64,000 bases of DNA from Paragordius varius. Its lineage: Eukaryota > Animalia > Nematomorpha. Numbering within the stretch: the first letter of the stretch is position 1; each line of letters starts with the position of its first letter. This document shows positions 61,801-64,000 of the stretch, piece after piece. The DNA lies in assembly GCA_964247055.1 (NCBI GenBank), contig OZ176053.1, forward strand, positions 868,001 through 932,000, read 5' to 3'. Under the pieces are notes generated by a model. It saw only the letters and a list, made by a program, of their open reading frames with translations, ran no database searches and was not told the origin of the DNA. Made by a program: the position numbers and the translations under genes.

Positions 61801-64000
61801 AAATGCGCTATCTTTTTAAAAAATCTCCTAAAAATGCGCTTTCTTTTTAAAAAAATCTCCTAAAAAGTTAATTCACTAAAAATGCGCTATCTTTTTAAAA
61901 TATCTCCTAAAAATGCGCTTTCTTTTTAAAAAATCTCCTAAAAATGCGCTTTCTTTTTTAAAAAATCTCCTAAAAAGTGAATTCACTAAAAATGCGCTCT
62001 CTTTTTGAAAAATCTCGTGAAAATGCGCTTTCTTTTTAAAAGATCTCCTAAAAATGCGCTATCTTTTTAAAATATCTCCTAAAAATGCGCTTTCTTTTTT
62101 AAAAAATCTCCTAAAAAGTTAATTCACTAAAAATGCGCTCTCTTTTTGAAAAATCTCGTGAAAATGCGCTTTCTTTTTAAAAGATCTTGTAAAAATGCGC
62201 TTTCTTTTTAAAAGATCTCCTAAAAATGCGCTATCTTTTTAAAATATCTCCTAAAAATGCGCTATCTTTTTAAAATATCTCCTAAAAATGCGCTTTCTTT
62301 TTAAAAAAATCTCCTAAAAATGTGCATTTTTTTATTGAAAAATATCCTAAAAAGTTAATCGAAAATTATCTAAAAATCGGTAATTTTTATTTACAATTTA
62401 CTAAAAATGAGCTTTTTTTAAAAAAATGTCCTAAAAATGCGCGTTCTTTTTAAAAAAAATCTCCTAAAAAGTTAATTCACTAAAAATGCGCTCTCTTTTT
62501 GAAAAATCTCGTGAAAATGCGCTTTCTATTTAAAAGCTCATGAAAATGGGCTTTCTTTTTAAAAGATCTTGTAAAAATGCGCTTTCTTTTTAAAAGATCT
62601 CCTAAAAATGCGCTCTCTTTTTAAAAAAATCTCCTAAAAAGTTAATTCACTAAAAATGCGCTTTTTTTTAAAAAATCTCCTAAAAATGCGCTTTCTTTTT
62701 GAAAAATCTCGTGAAAATGCGCTTTCTTTTTAAAAGATCTTGTAAAAATGCGCTTTCTTTTTAAAAGATCTCCTAAAAATGCGCTATCTTTTCAAAATAT
62801 CTCCTAAAAATGCGCTATCTTTTTAAAATATCTCCTAAAAATGCGCTATCTTTTTAAAATATCTCCTAAAAATGCGCTATCTTTTTAAAAAATCTCCTAA
62901 AAATGCGCTTTCTTTTTAAAATATCTCCTAAAAATGCGCTATCTTTTTAAAAAATCTCCTAAAAATGCGCTTTCTTTTTAAAAAAATCTCCTAAAAAGTT
63001 AATTCACTAAAAATGCGCTTTCTTTTTAAAAAATCTCTTAAAAATGCGCTTTCTTTTTTAAAAAAATCTCCTAAAAAGTTAATTCACTAAAAATGCGCTC
63101 TCTTTTTGAAAAATCTCGTCAAAATGCGCTTTCTATTTAAAATATCTCCTAAAAATGCGCTCTCTTTTTAAAAAAATCTCCTAAAAAGTTAATTCACTAA
63201 AAATGCGCTTTTTTTAAAAAAAATCTCCTAAAAATGCGCTTTCTTTTTGAAAAATCTCGTGAAAATGCGCTTTCTTTTTAAAAGATCTTGTAAAAATGCG
63301 CTTTCTTTTTAAAAGATCTTGTAAAAATGCGCTTTCTTTTTAAAAGATCTCCTAAAAATGCGCTATCTTTTCAAAATATCTCCTAAAAATGCGCTATCTT
63401 TTTAAAATATCTCCTAAAAATGCGCTATCTTTTTAAAATATCTCCTAAAAATGCGCTATCTTTTTAAAAAATCTCCTAAAAATGCGCTTTCTTTTTAAAA
63501 AAATCTCCTAAAAATGCGCTCTCTTTTTAAAAAAATCTCCTAAAAAGTTAATTCACTAAAAATACGCTTTCTTTTTAAAAAATCTCCTAAAAATGCGCTT
63601 TCTTTTTTAAAAAATCTCCTAAAAAGTTAATTCACTAAAAATGCGCTCTCTTTTTGAAAAATCTCGTGAAAATGCGCCTTCTTTTTAAAAGATCTCGTGA
63701 TAATGCGCTTTCTTTTTAAAAGATCTCCTAAAAATGCGCTATCTTTTTAAAATATCTCCTAAAAAGTGAATTCACTAAAAATGCGCTCTCTTTTTGAAAA
63801 ATCTCCTAAAAATGCGCTATCTTTTTAAAAAATCTCCTAAAAATGCGCTTTCTTTTTAAAAAAATCTCCTAAAAAGTTAATTCACTAAAAATGCGCTTTC
63901 TTTTTAAAAAATCTCCTAAAAATGCGCTTTCTTTTTAAAAAAATCTCCTAAAAAGTTAATTCACTAAAAATGCGCTTTCTTTTTAAAAAAAATCTCCTAA
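46900..64000 (+). repeat. >17-kb satellite array: ~31-bp monomers organised into ~1.7/~2.0-kb blocks and a ~3.6-3.7-kb higher-order repeat
   Basis: Marker TGTGCATTTTTTTATTGAAAAATATCC at 47719, 49555, 51264, 53179, 54888, 56912, 58590, 60614 and 62321. Confidence 0.97.

Larger units (their letters stand above)
34800..64000 (+). repeat. Segmental duplication, copy 2 (unique part ~34800-46900, then expanded satellite to the window end)
   Basis: Collinear with copy 1; differs by substitutions, private insertions and a ~450-bp deletion (copy-1 ~27471-27918 is absent at ~47265). Confidence 0.95.

Noticed and set aside
46900-64000. CRISPR-like regularly spaced ~30-bp repeats
   Set aside because: No unique spacers and no cas genes, in a eukaryotic context; it is a head-to-tail satellite.

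Overview
AT-rich eukaryotic (metazoan-type, spliceosomal introns) genomic DNA; the species cannot be named from the sequence. Left part: the probable last exon of an upstream gene (263-411), an intronless mitochondrial ferredoxin FDX2 (minus) and, head-to-head with it, a 14-exon thioredoxin-glutathione reductase (TGR) selenoprotein gene (1796/2160-12537). TGR has an in-frame mitochondrial-presequence-like upstream exon, a Gly-Cys-Sec(TGA)-Gly tail and a type II SECIS at 12745-12828. The rest is a ~13-kb segmental duplication (copy 1 ~14740-29150, copy 2 from ~34800). Each copy carries an intronless 412-aa class A GPCR-like gene (plus) and a multi-exon ADAMTS-type gene (minus, missed by the ORF track) whose ancillary-domain exons look maintained while its metalloprotease exons carry stops. 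Each copy ends in the same ~31-bp satellite, ~2 kb long in copy 1 and >17 kb with higher-order structure in copy 2. The spacer between the copies holds a 17-19-bp minisatellite, a decayed RTE-type LINE fragment and an unexplained GC-rich island. Several MITE families and a conserved ~115-bp hairpin plus G-quadruplex element are dispersed through the window. All alignments, translations and folds were done by eye; no database searches were run.
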